From positions 11,656,001 through 11,720,000 of the forward strand of contig NC_086097.1 of NCBI RefSeq assembly GCF_963921235.1: a DNA stretch of 64,000 bases. The letters are read 5' to 3'. Shown here piece after piece: positions 1 to 10,962 of this stretch. The notes beneath the pieces are model-generated. The model was given only the letters and a program-made list of their open reading frames with translations. It did no database searches and was not told the origin of the DNA. This DNA is from Mobula hypostoma (Eukaryota). Numbering within the stretch: the stretch's first letter is position 1; every line of letters starts with the position of its first letter. Both the position numbers and the translations under genes were made by a program.

Positions 1-161
1 CAAATCTCTTACTAGCTCTTCCTTCAGTTAGTCCTGACGAAGGGTCTCGGCCCGAAACGTCGACTGTACCTCTTCCTAGAGATGCTGCCTGGCCTGCTGC
101 GTTCACCAGCAACTTTGATGTGTGTTGCTTGAATTTCCAGCATCTGCAGAATTCCTGTTGT
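1..161 (+). mobile_element. Penelope-like element (PLE) pseudo-LTR / 3' end, young copy cut by the window edge
   Basis: Near-identical to 63690-63865(-), 28385-28513 and 52899-53025. A related diverged tail follows a GIY-YIG C-terminal coding remnant at 51305-51930. Confidence 0.8.
29..66 (+). ncRNA. Minimal type-I hammerhead ribozyme in PLE terminus
   Basis: Stem I TAGTC(29-33)/GACTG(62-66); core CTGACGA(34-40); stem II GGG(42-44)/CCC(51-53); GAAA(54-57); palindromic stem III ACGT(57-60); predicted GUC cleavage after C61. Confidence 0.75.
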
Positions 162-279
162 TCCCATCACCTCTGCTAGTTCCTACACTGTTAACCCAAA
201 TCAAAGTCCCATTCCACTGACCACCTCCCACTACATGATTAGCTGCAGTTCAAAAGCAATATCTGAAGTTCAGAAGTAA

Positions 280-1035
280 AAGATTCAAAGATTCAAAGTG
301 CATTTATTATCAAATTATGTATGCAATATACAACCCTGAGATACATCTTTTCCACAGACAGTCATAAAACAAAAAAAAACCATGGAACCCATTCAAAGAT
401 AAAACATCAACCCCCACTCCCTGTGCAAAAAAAACCAAATGAGCTAAAAATACAGAAAATAAGAAAATACTGGTGATATTCTGCAGGTGAGGCATTTTCT
501 GCACAAAGAAAAACAGTTCATTTCAAGTTCAAGTTTATTATCATCTAACTGTACATATATACAACTCAACGAAACAACTTTTCTCTGGGCAAACGGTGCA
601 CCCACAATACATATCATACACAGCACATAAAATAAAATACTACTACAAATAAATTAGTAAAATTTACTTCAAAATGCACAGGTAAACTGTAAATAGTGAA
701 CAGTTAACAGAAGAGTAAACAGTAAACAGCTGACTGTCCTAGTGACGAGACTTTGGTGGTGGCAGGGTATTCGTTAGTCTCACAGCCTGAGGGAAGAACT
801 GTTACCCAGTCAGAAAGTCGTCATCCTAATGCTCCTATACCTCCTTCGTGAATTTAGTGGGTCAAAGACTGTGGGATGAGTGGTAGGCATCCTCAACACT
901 GTTTTAGGCCTTTCGTATAAAACGCCTAACTATCCTCTATAGGACCTTGTGGACCGATGCCTTGCAGCTTCAGTGCCACACAATGATGCAGCCAGTCAGG
1001 ACACTCAATGGTGCTCCTGTAGGAAGTTGATCTCA
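280..1035 (-). mobile_element. Rex1/Babar-type LINE 3' fragments (two adjacent)
   Basis: (TTCAAAG)/(TTCAAG) tandem tails followed by TTTATT; RT C-terminal remnant similar to other Rex1 copies in the window. Confidence 0.55.
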
Positions 1036-1285
1036 CAGGTCAATGACTTTTCATTTCCTATTTTGCTCAGGCTAGTTGCTCTCTCACACTGACATATAAT
1101 CAATCCTTATTGCATTCCTATCATCTGTTGGACATCCATAGGCATTCTAACCCAAACGTGCACGTGCTGTGCCTTACGTTTGGTCTATGCTGTGTGTTCT
1201 ACACTACACCATGGGTATGTTGCACTGTGTATGTATTTTGCACATTTGTGTGTCATCCTATGCACGTGCTTTGCTGCACCACCTA

Positions 1286-1693
1286 CAGCCCTGTGGAAAG
1301 GTCTTAGGTACCCTAGATTTTTTAAATGATTTCAGCCAATATTGCTTCCATAGAGCCCTGATCTCAACATCATCGAGGCTGCCTGGGATTACCTGGAGGG
1401 ACAGAAGCAAGCGAGACAGCCTAAGTCTGCAGATGAACTGTGGTAAGTTCTCGAGGATGCTTGGAACAACCTACCAGCTGTTTTTCTTACAAATCTGCAT
1501 AACAGTGTACCTAAGAGAATTGGTGCAGTTTTAAGGCAGAGGCTGGCCACAGCAAATATTGATTTGATTTGGTATTTTATAGTTTACTGCCCTTTATAGT
1601 AATTTTTCTGATATTTAGGAACTTTTCAGTTCATTATTTTGAAAGCATCTTCACTTTGCAGAATTTGTTTTCATGTGTCTAAGACGTTACTAT
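1286..1693 (+). mobile_element. Internally deleted Tc1-like transposon
   Basis: TA then TIR-like CAGCCCTGTGGAAAGGTCTTAGG; 1354-1562 reads SPDLNIIEAAWDYLE...ELW*VLEDAWNNLP...PKRIGAV (Tc1 SPDLNPIE motif, with a stop); degenerate right TIR GTGTCTAAGAC. Confidence 0.75.
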
Positions 1694-2249
1694 ATGCTGG
1701 ACCATGCTCTATAATTGGTAATGATATAATCTATAAGTGTTTAATTATCCCAGGGTTATAATGAACCAACCTTCAAACAACTGATTTACTGTAACCCAAC
1801 ATTAATGCACATCCTCATCAACATCTGCCATTCACCCCTGTACTAGGGGAAAGTTACTGTGGCCAAGAAAGCTAACAAGGCAGATGTCATGGGATGTGAT
1901 AAAAAAACTAGGGCATTGTAACGTGCAAAATTCACACAGGCAGCATCTGAGGATGGGATGGAGCCTAGGCCTTCAGCACTGAGGGACAGCAGCTCTGCTA
2001 CGCACATCACTGTGCTGTCTGTGGCATTGTCTCGTTCAGAGTTCAAGTTGATCAATGGAGGAGGAATGTGAACAGAAGCTGATGATCAGTCATTATGTTA
2101 TCTTGTCTTGTACTCGTAATGACACAGAAAGAGACCATTTGGCCCGAAACGTCGTCTATTATTCCTCTCCGTAGATGCTGCCTGGCCTGCTGAGCTCCTC
2201 CAGCATTTTGTGTGCTCCTCTGGATTTCCAGAATCTCTTGTGTTTACCT

Positions 2250-2560
2250 CTAAAAGGCGGCATCCATCATTAAGGCCCCTCACTGCTCAGGATATATGCT
2301 CTTCTCATTGCTACCATCAGAGTGGAGGTAGGGGAGCCTGAGGGCACACACTCAATGATTCTTCCCCTCTGCCATCAGATTTCTGAATGGGCAATGAACC
2401 CTTGAAGATAACCTTATTACTTTTTTTTTCTTTTTTGCACTACTTATTTATTTTACCGTAATTTACAGTTTTATATTATTATGCATTGCAATGTACTCTT
2501 GCCGTATAACAACATATTTCATGACATATGCCCATGATATTGAACCTGATTCTGATTCAG
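2250..2560 (+). mobile_element. Rex1/Babar LINE 3' end (preceded by PLE fragment 2140-2240)
   Basis: KAASIIK..H-like coding remnant, CTGATT tail. Confidence 0.6.
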
Positions 2561-3329
2561 CTCATTGTATCCATAACAGCTCTCGGGGAAGCATCTCACT
2601 TGGACTGAAATGCACAGACTACACCTATGATCTGGATCAACCCCGAGGCATTCAGTGCAAGTAACCTCATGGCTGATTTCTACTCTCATTGCTCATGTAG
2701 CCGTATTTTTACCACATGTCATCTAAATTTTGACTGTAATTTCTTTTTTATCCTCGCAAGACAATTTTGCAAGTCAATGAAATCCCTTTAATGGAGTAAG
2801 CCGTCGCGATAAAACAGTGACAAATCATTTGCTGGCTTGTTTACAAACACTTAAAGCAAAGTTGTAAATCATATTGCATTGTTGTGTGACCAGCATGGGA
2901 TATGATACATAGCTTTTCTCCCTGTGCAAACAACAAATGGTTTTCTAAACACTTATTTTATAAAGATATTGTCCTTTTTACTTAACTAGATATTTCTGAA
3001 ATAGATTGCCCCAATATAAGTGAAACAATTGTCCTCATAGTACAGAGTTGGTCCTTTGTAAGTCAAGAACAGTCTCAGCTCCACCTACATGCTGACCCTT
3101 GCATTAAATGCCTCCAAAATTCAACTTCAATATTTATACAGATCTCTACACGTACAATTTGCAAATTTGAACTTGTGAGTTTCTTTTGACTAATACAGCA
3201 GATATACATAGCAGCTAGCCATTTACAGTGGTTAGTTATATTTATCAGTTAACATTTATATTTATCAGGAGCGTTGCACACACAGGGATCTTAGCATGGT
3301 CAGTCATCTGTCCAACAATCTCTTTGACC

Positions 3330-3660
3330 CCCTACCATCAGGCAGGAGGTACTGTCGCATTAGGACAACTGCTGTTAGGATGGGAAGCAGCTTCTCCTCC
3401 AGGCTGTGAGACTACTAAACTCCCTGCTACCACCCAGGTCTCATCGCTAGTTAAGTGCTAGTAGCATTATACTGTTTTCTTTTCGACCTGTGTCATAAAT
3501 GCACCTTATTATTTGTTATCTTAATTGTGGTAATATTACTTTATGTGTTGTGTGTGAGTTATATGTGCTGAGTTGAGCACCTTGGTCCAGAGGAACATTG
3601 CTTCATTTGGCCACGTACATGAATATGGTTGAATGACAAGAAACTTAAACTTGAACTTGT
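3330..3660 (+). mobile_element. Rex1/Babar LINE 3' end
   Basis: LPSGRRY-like remnant (ccatcaggcaggaggtac), CTTGAA tail. Confidence 0.55.
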
Positions 3661-3687
3661 AAGTTTGTACATCTTACATTAAGCACT

Positions 3688-4070
3688 CAAGAACATAAGA
3701 AATAGGAGCAGAAATAGGCCATCTGGCCTGTCAAGCCTGCTCCACCATTCCATAAGATCATGGCTGATCTGGCCGTGGACTCATCTCCACCTACCTGCCT
3801 TTTCCCCATAACCCTTAATTCTGCCTACTAGGCAAAAATCTATCCAACCTTGTCTTAAGTATATTTACTGAAGTAGCCTCCACTGCTTCATTGGGCAGAG
3901 AATTCCATAGATTCACTACTCTCTGGGAAAAGCAGTTCCTCCTCATTCTGTCCTAAATTTACTCCCCTGAATCTTGAGGCTACGTCCCCTAGTTCTAGTC
4001 TCACCTACCAGTGGAAAGAGCTTTCTTGTCGCTATCTTATCTATCCCTTTCATAATTTTATATGTTTCTA
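3688..4070 (-). mobile_element. CR1 LINE 3' end
   Basis: Reverse complement of the CR1 ORF2 C-terminus (QRVVNLWNSLP) and the 3' GGCC hairpin/8-mer tail. Confidence 0.8.
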
Positions 4071-4779
4071 TTTTAAGGTATAACACTGAAATCCCCAAGA
4101 TGGTCTCTTGTTGGACCTTTGGCTTACACTGATTCTAGATGGGGAAGATGGGGACACGGTAATTTGCTCCAGCATTGCAGGCACAGATGGGTGGAGAGAG
4201 GAGAGCATGGAAAATGAATCAGAAAAGAGATTGAATAAAATATTGTAAAGACAGGAGGTCAGGCAGCATCTGTAGAAAGAGTTCGTGTTTCAGATTGAAG
4301 GATCTTTGGTATGAAAAATGAACTTTGTTTCTCTTTCCAGAGATGCTGCCTGACCTGCTGAATATTTCCAGCACATTTTTGATTCTCTCTCCACAGATGC
4401 TATCTGACCAGCAGCGAATTTGTAACATTCTCCGTTTTACTTACGTTTTCCAAAATCAGTAGTTTTAAATTTTCTGTTTGTTTTAGCTTTGCTACTGACT
4501 GTCGAATCCATGCTGCAGTTTCCAGCAATATTCAAGATTTGGTTCTTAAAAGATTTACAGGAAAAGTATTTACAACAAACTGCAGAGAGAATTGATGGAG
4601 CCACTCAAACTAGTCAAATCAGTGAAGAGAAACTGTTGCAATTGTGGCACTTATCTGATCAATGTACATTGATTTATTTCACTCCTTCTAGGACTAAACA
4701 GCCATCCCTGCTTAAAATTAAGGCAAAATTCTGCAAATCAGAAGTGAAAGCAGAAATTACTGGAAATACTCATCAAGTC

Positions 4780-5200
4780 AAAGTTTGAAATTCAAAAGCT
4801 CAGAGTAAATTTATTATAACAGTACATAAATGTCACCATATACTACCCTGATTTTCATTTTCTTGTGGGCATTCACAGCAAATACAAAGGTACACAATAG
4901 ACTCAATGAAAAAATGCATGTGACGAAGACAAACTACCCATGTGCAAAAGACAACGAATTGTGCAACACACAAAAAAGGGGAAAATAAATTAATAAATAC
5001 ACAATAAATATAAAGAACATGAGTTTTAGAGTCCTTTAAAGTGAGACGATAATTGTGGAATCAGTTCAGTGTTGGGTGAATGAAGTTATCTCCTCTTGTT
5101 CAACAGTCTGGTGATTGAGGAAGCTGGTAGTGTGGGACCTGAAGCTCCTTTACCTCCTTCCTGATGACAGCTGTGAGAAGAGGACATGACCTGGATGGTC
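4780..5200 (-). mobile_element. Rex1/Babar LINE 3' end
   Basis: Same 3' UTR family as 43500-44005 and 52500-52790. Confidence 0.55.
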
Positions 5201-6229
5201 AGGCAGCATTTCAAGAGAGAGAAACAGAACTAGTGTTCTAGATCTACAACCTTTCATCAGACCTTGTTCCTAACAAAAGGTTATTAATCTGAAGCAACAG
5301 CCTAAACATAGTGGTCCTCCAAAAAGAAAAAGACGTATCAGACAGTTTGGAGTATTGGTATATTTTCTGTGAGCAACAGAAACAGCTTGTGTTAAATAAC
5401 TTTGGCTTCTCTTTCCACCCAAGCAACATATCTTCTGGTGTTCCTCCAAGACACAGTCCTTGGCTCTTGCCTTGTTCACATCTACAGGCTGTCTTTCATC
5501 TTTTGAAAACCCATCAGTTTGCTCATGTCCCCTAACAACACTCAGTCCTACCACAGCATTATCTCTTTCAACCCCTCCAAATTGTCAACTTACTTATCAG
5601 GCACCCAGTGTTGGACGTGATGGAATTTCCCCTAACCTGAACGTTGGCAAAATTAGGTCATTGTCTTCAATACTTCGCCAGTTGTCCAAGATGAAAATAG
5701 ATTCTTTGTAAACTTGGAACCAGATGCATTTGTGATTTTACTTTTGGACCACATATCTCATCGGTGCATCTAAATATTTTCATGATGGTTCCCAGTTTCA
5801 CCCCACCACAGCACATCTGCAACTATGGCTGAAGCTTTTAACCATGCATCCTTTGTACTTCAGGATTGCCACCCCGCCAACCATCTGATCCCCTTTGCTT
5901 TGCTCTCTCTCTCTTCAACATGCTCCTTAAGAACAAACTTAATCTCATTTGCCCCAAATGTGACACAGTATCAAATTTGGCTTGCTATATTTCCTGTGAC
6001 AATCTTTGGTACATGCATGGTCAACAGTCTCATCTTATACAGAATAAACCTGTATATTAAAAGAAGTTTGGGAATCCTACAGTACATATTTTTGATATAA
6101 TACGAGGATTTTCCCCATTTAGCCAACAGAGAATTTGGTCTGCAGGGCTGGGAGTTGCCAGGCAAGTTAAAAATACTGTAAAAAGAATGCCACAGTTCAT
6201 TTTATAATGTGATATATGGGTTGTGGGGT

Positions 6230-6580
6230 GGAGATACGTCTCTACTAAGGAGGTGTAAGGCTCTCCTTCCCTCCACCGGCCTGTAGGTGACCCTTGAGCA
6301 AGGTGTAGCACCTCCTTAGCCCCCCTGATCAGGGTCACAGGAAGCCATGGGAGCAGGGGTGGTGGATGGTCATATAAGCAGCCGGTGCATATCACAAGCC
6401 CTGGTTATGCAACCACTGACACCAGGTAGACAGTCTCTGAAGAGTATTGGTAATGGCTGTGGTCATTCATTTTCAAAGACACAGTGCTGACGAAGGCAAT
6501 GGCAAACCACTTCTGTAGAAAAATTTGCCAAGAACAACCATAATTGCCCACGTCATATGACAAAGCACGTAATGATGATT
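6230..6580 (+). mobile_element. RTE-related non-autonomous retroelement/SINE
   Basis: Contains GAAGGCAATGGCAAACCACTTCTG...TGCCAAGAA, a motif I associate with BovB/Sauria-SINE RTE-related elements; (ATG)n tail. Confidence 0.45.
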
Positions 6581-6789
6581 CTATATACTGTATCTCTGGT
6601 GGTTTGCACGTTCAGTAAAATAGCTTATTTGTATGGTGCAAGGATTTAAGAGTAGACCAGAAGTAGGGTATCTAAAATTTCCTAAATGATTAATATTATT
6701 ACAGCCTCATCAACCTGGAGAAATCCTTGACTACAAATTATATCCCTGGTTCTCTGTGCCTGATGCTCTTGCTCATCTTATCAACATCT

Positions 6790-7140
6790 CTTCACTAGTG
6801 CTGGTATCAAGAGATGTCCGAGGTAAAAGGTTAAGGGGGCTGGGAAGAAATTGAGGATCAGAAGGTTCATGAAGAGACTGGACATTGGAAAAGTGTAGTG
6901 AGATCAGGGACGGGGAAGGCTGAGAAGTGACTGGAGATGGAGAGGCTTGTACAGAATGTGGAGGGAGAGAGGATTCAGGAGGGATTGAAGAGGAGGAGGG
7001 CTGGGAGAAACTGGAGATAGAGAAGGTTGGCGTGAGAATGGGTAAATGGCAGAGCTGAAACAGAGAGCAGGAGATGAGGAGATACTGGAGGTTCTGGAGA
7101 GAAAGAGAGACAACAAAGGTCAGGAAGTCTAGGGAGGTTG
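6790..7140. repeat. GA-rich degenerate minisatellite / low complexity
   Basis: Recurrent (A)GA(G/A)CTGGAG-like units, purine-rich plus strand. Confidence 0.5.
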
Positions 7141-7200
7141 AAACATTACTTTCACGTTGCAAGATTGCAGCTGCTGTCATTCAATCCACCGACCACTCAC

Positions 7201-7560
7201 TCATAGTCATAGTCATAGTCATATTTTATTGATCCTGGGGGAAATTGGTTTTCATTACAGTTGCACAGTAAATAATAAACAGTAATGAAACCATAAATAG
7301 TTAAATAGTAATACATAAATTATGTCAGTAAATTATGAAATAAGTCCAGGACCAGCCTATTGGCTCAGGGTGTCTGACCCTCCAAGAGAGGAGTTGTCAA
7401 GTTTGGTGGCCACAGGCAGGAATGACTTCCTATGGCGCTTTGTGTTGCATCTCAGTGGAATGAGTCTCTGGCTGAATGTAATCCTGTGCCCAACCAGTAC
7501 ATTATGTAGTGGATGGGAGACATTGTCCAAGATGGCATGCAACTTAGACAGCATTCTCTT
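7201..7560 (-). mobile_element. Rex1/Babar LINE 3' end
   Basis: ORF 7357-7554 LHAILDNVSHPLH...RLIPLRCNTKRHRKSFLPVA is the Rex1 RT C-terminus; (GTCATA)n tail. Confidence 0.75.
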
Positions 7561-7689
7561 TTGTTTTGAATTCCATTAATGGAATGGCCAGGAGATAATT
7601 TTGGCTCATTCAGTCTTGTGGGAGTTCAAATGAACAGTGAGTTCCCTGGACAAACCATGCAAGGTGTACTGGGCATATGGCCACAGGAG

Positions 7690-8260
7690 GACACCTCACT
7701 TGGAGTACTGTGGGCAGTTTTGGTCTCCTTATTTAGGAAAGGATGTGCTGACGTTGGAGAGGGTACAGAGAAGATTCACTAGAATGATTCTGGGAATGAG
7801 AGGGTTAACATATGAGGAAAGTTTGTCCGCTCTTGGACTGTATTCCTTGGAGTTTAGAAGAATGAGGGGAGACCTCATAGAAACATTTCGAATGTTGAAA
7901 GGCATAGAGTGGATGTGGCAAAGTTGCTTCCCATAATGGGGGAGTCTAGTATGAGAGGGCATGACTTAAGGATTGAAGGGCACCCATTCAGAACAGAAAT
8001 GCGAAGACATTTTTTTAGTCAGAGGGTGGTGAATCTATGGAATTTGTTGCCACGGGCAGCAATGGAGGCCAAGTCATTGGGTGTATTTAAGATAGAGATT
8101 GATAGGTATCTGAGTAGCCAGGGCATCAAAGGTTATGGTGAGAAGGTGGGGGAGTGGGACTAAATGGGAGAATGGATCAGCTCATGATAAAATGACGGAG
8201 CAGACTCGATGGGCCGAATGGCCGACTTCTGCTCCTTTGTCTTACGGTCTTATGGTCTTA
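7690..8260 (+). mobile_element. CR1 LINE 3' end (frameshifted ORF2 C-terminus)
   Basis: PHLEYCGQFWSP...LERVQRRFTRMI...RGDLIETF...FFSQRVVNLWN; GGTCTTAT tail. Confidence 0.9.
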
Positions 8261-8319
8261 CGGACATCTCAACAAGTCCCAATAACTGAAAATGGCCATA
8301 AGTTTTTACAAAGTACTAA

Positions 8320-8610
8320 TAGAGTCATAGAGTCGTGGAGTCATACAACACAGAATCATGCCATACAGACCATCTAGTCCATGCCAAACCATTTAAGCTG
8401 CCTATTCCCATTGACCTGAACTGACACCATAGCCCCCCATACCCCTACCAACCATGTACCCATCCAATCTTCTTTTAAATGTTGAAATCAAGCTCACATG
8501 CACCACTTGCACTGTCAGCTCGTTCCACACTCTCACCATCCTCTGAGTGAAGAAGCTTCCCCTCATGTTCCACTTAAACTTTTCACCTTTCACCCTCAAC
8601 CCATGACCCA
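8320..8610 (-). mobile_element. CR1 LINE 3' end
   Basis: ORF 8402-8611 GHGLRVKGEKF...FFTQRMVRVWNEL. Confidence 0.85.
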
Positions 8611-9449
8611 CCCAACCTTTGGAAGATCAGCCCAATCAACAGTTGCTTGTACAATGTGTTTTATAGGATTGCTTTTATATTTATATTTATTGTGTGTTTT
8701 ATTTTTCCTGCATCGGATCCAGAGTAGCAATCATTTCATTTTATTTTACAACTGAATACTGAAGAATGACAGTAAACAATCTTGAATTAGAACAGAGACA
8801 CAACAGACTAAAACCCTGTCCACAGCAAGTCCCAGCCATAATCTATTGCTTTTTCTTGAGATACTGTACACCATCAATCATATTTCAGGGATTTTACTGT
8901 GTTGAAAAAATTGTATATAAATGTGCTTATAAATCAGGGATAGTAGTAGTGAGATCACTCAAGTGGGTAAGATGTTCTCCTAAGGGGCTGACAATTGGTG
9001 GGTCCTCAGGTGGCTTTAGAGGCCCATTCTGCATCCACTTTGGGCGGGATTGAAGCCAGAGAGCAAAAAACACTCTGGTATTTTAAGTGCCAAACTACAT
9101 TAAAGATTAAGGTGTTGTGGCTGAGGGCAATGATTGAACCAGTTTTCAGCTCATTGTTTCATGAAGCTTTACTCACCTCAGCACTGAAATGACTATGTGG
9201 CTGTGGCCTGCAGCCATCGGCACTCCCCTCATCACTAAACTGATTCTGTGGTTGTGGACTCACCTTCAGAGTCTCTGTGGTTCATGTTCTGTGAGTTATT
9301 TGTTTACTTTTTTTATTGGTTCGCATGATTTGTTCATTTTTTTGAACACTGGATGTTTGTTGGTATTTGTAGTGTGTGTTTTTTTCATGGAGTATTTTGT
9401 GTCTCTTTGTTTTGGACTGCCTGCAAGAAGATGAATCTCAAGGGTTTGA

Positions 9450-10962
9450 TCAGAATCAGAATCAGGTTTATTATCACTGGCACGTGACGTGAAATTTGTT
9501 ACCTTAGTAGCAGCAGTTCAAAGCAATACATAATATAGAGAGAAAAAGAATAAGTAATAGTAAATAAATCAATTACAGTATACGCATGTTGAATAGATTA
9601 AAAAACGTGCAAAAACAGAAATACTGTATATTAAAAAAAATGAGGTAGTGTCCAAGGATTCAATGTCCATTTAGGAATTGGATGGCAGAGGGGAAGAAGC
9701 TGTTCCTGAATCGCTGAGCGTGTGCCTTCAGGCTTCTGTACCTCCTACCTGATGGTAACAGTGAGAAAAGGGCATGCCCTGGGTGACCTCAGGGACACTG
9801 CCTTTCTGAAACACCGCTTCCTGAAGATGTCCTGGGTAATTTATAGGCTAGTACCCAAGATGGAGCTGACTAGATTTACAACCCTCTGCAGTTACTTTCG
9901 GTCCTGTGCAGTAGCCCCTCCATACCAGACAGTGATGCAGCCTGTCAGAAAGTTCTCCACAGTACAATCATAGAAGTTTTTGAGTGTATTTGTTGACATG
10001 CCAAATCGCTTCAAACTCCTAATGAAGTACAGCCACTGATCTGTCTTCTTTAGAACTACATTGATATGTTGGGACCAGATTAGATCCTCAGAGATCTTGA
10101 CACCCAGGAACTTGAAGCTGTTCACTCTCTCCACTTCTGATCCCTCTGTGAGGATTGGTATGTGTTCCTTCGTCTTACCCTTCCTGAAGTCCACAATTAG
10201 ATCTTTCATCTTATTAACGTTGAGTGCCAGGTTGTTGCTGCGACACCACTCCACTAGTTGGCATATCTCACTCCTGTACGCCCTCTCTTCACCACCTGAG
10301 ATTCTACCAACAATGGTTGTATCGTCAGCAAATTCATAGATGGCATTTGAGCAATGCCTAGCCACACAGTCATGTGTATATAGAGAGTAGAGCAGTGGGC
10401 TAAGCACACACCCCTGAGGTGTGCCAGTGTTGATTGTCAGCGAGGGGGAGATGTTATCACTATTCTACACAGATTGTGGTCTTCTGGTTAGGAAGTCGAG
10501 GATCCAATTGCAGAGGGAGGTACAGGGCTCCAGGCTCTGCAACTTCTCAATCAGTATTGTGAGAATGGCGGTATTAAATGCTGAGCTATAGAAGCTGAAC
10601 AGTGAGATGGATGTTTGTGTTGTCCAGGTGGTCTAAAGCCGTGTGGAGACACATTGAGATGCGTCTGCCTTTGACCTATTGTGGTGATAGGCAAATTGCA
10701 ATGGGTCCAGGTCCTTGCTGAGGCAATTCAGTCTAGTCATGACTAACCTCTCAAAGCACTTCATCACTGTAGATATGTGTGCTACTGGGCGATAGTCATT
10801 AAGGCAGCTCACGTTGTTCTTCTTAGGCACTGGTATAATTGTTGCCTTTTTGAAGCAAGAGGGAACTTCCGCCAGTAGCAGTGAGAGGTTGAAAATGTCC
10901 TTGAATACTCCCGCTAGTTGGTTGGCACTTAGCCTTAGCAGATACTCCATCTGGACCTACCA
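9450..10962 (-). pseudogene. Rex1/Babar LINE, 5'-truncated reverse transcriptase pseudogene
   Basis: ORFs 10633-10950 ([24 protein letters not shown]) and 9892-10407 (LSPLLYSLYTHDC, FADDTT, FKFLGV); CTGATT tail. Confidence 0.9.
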
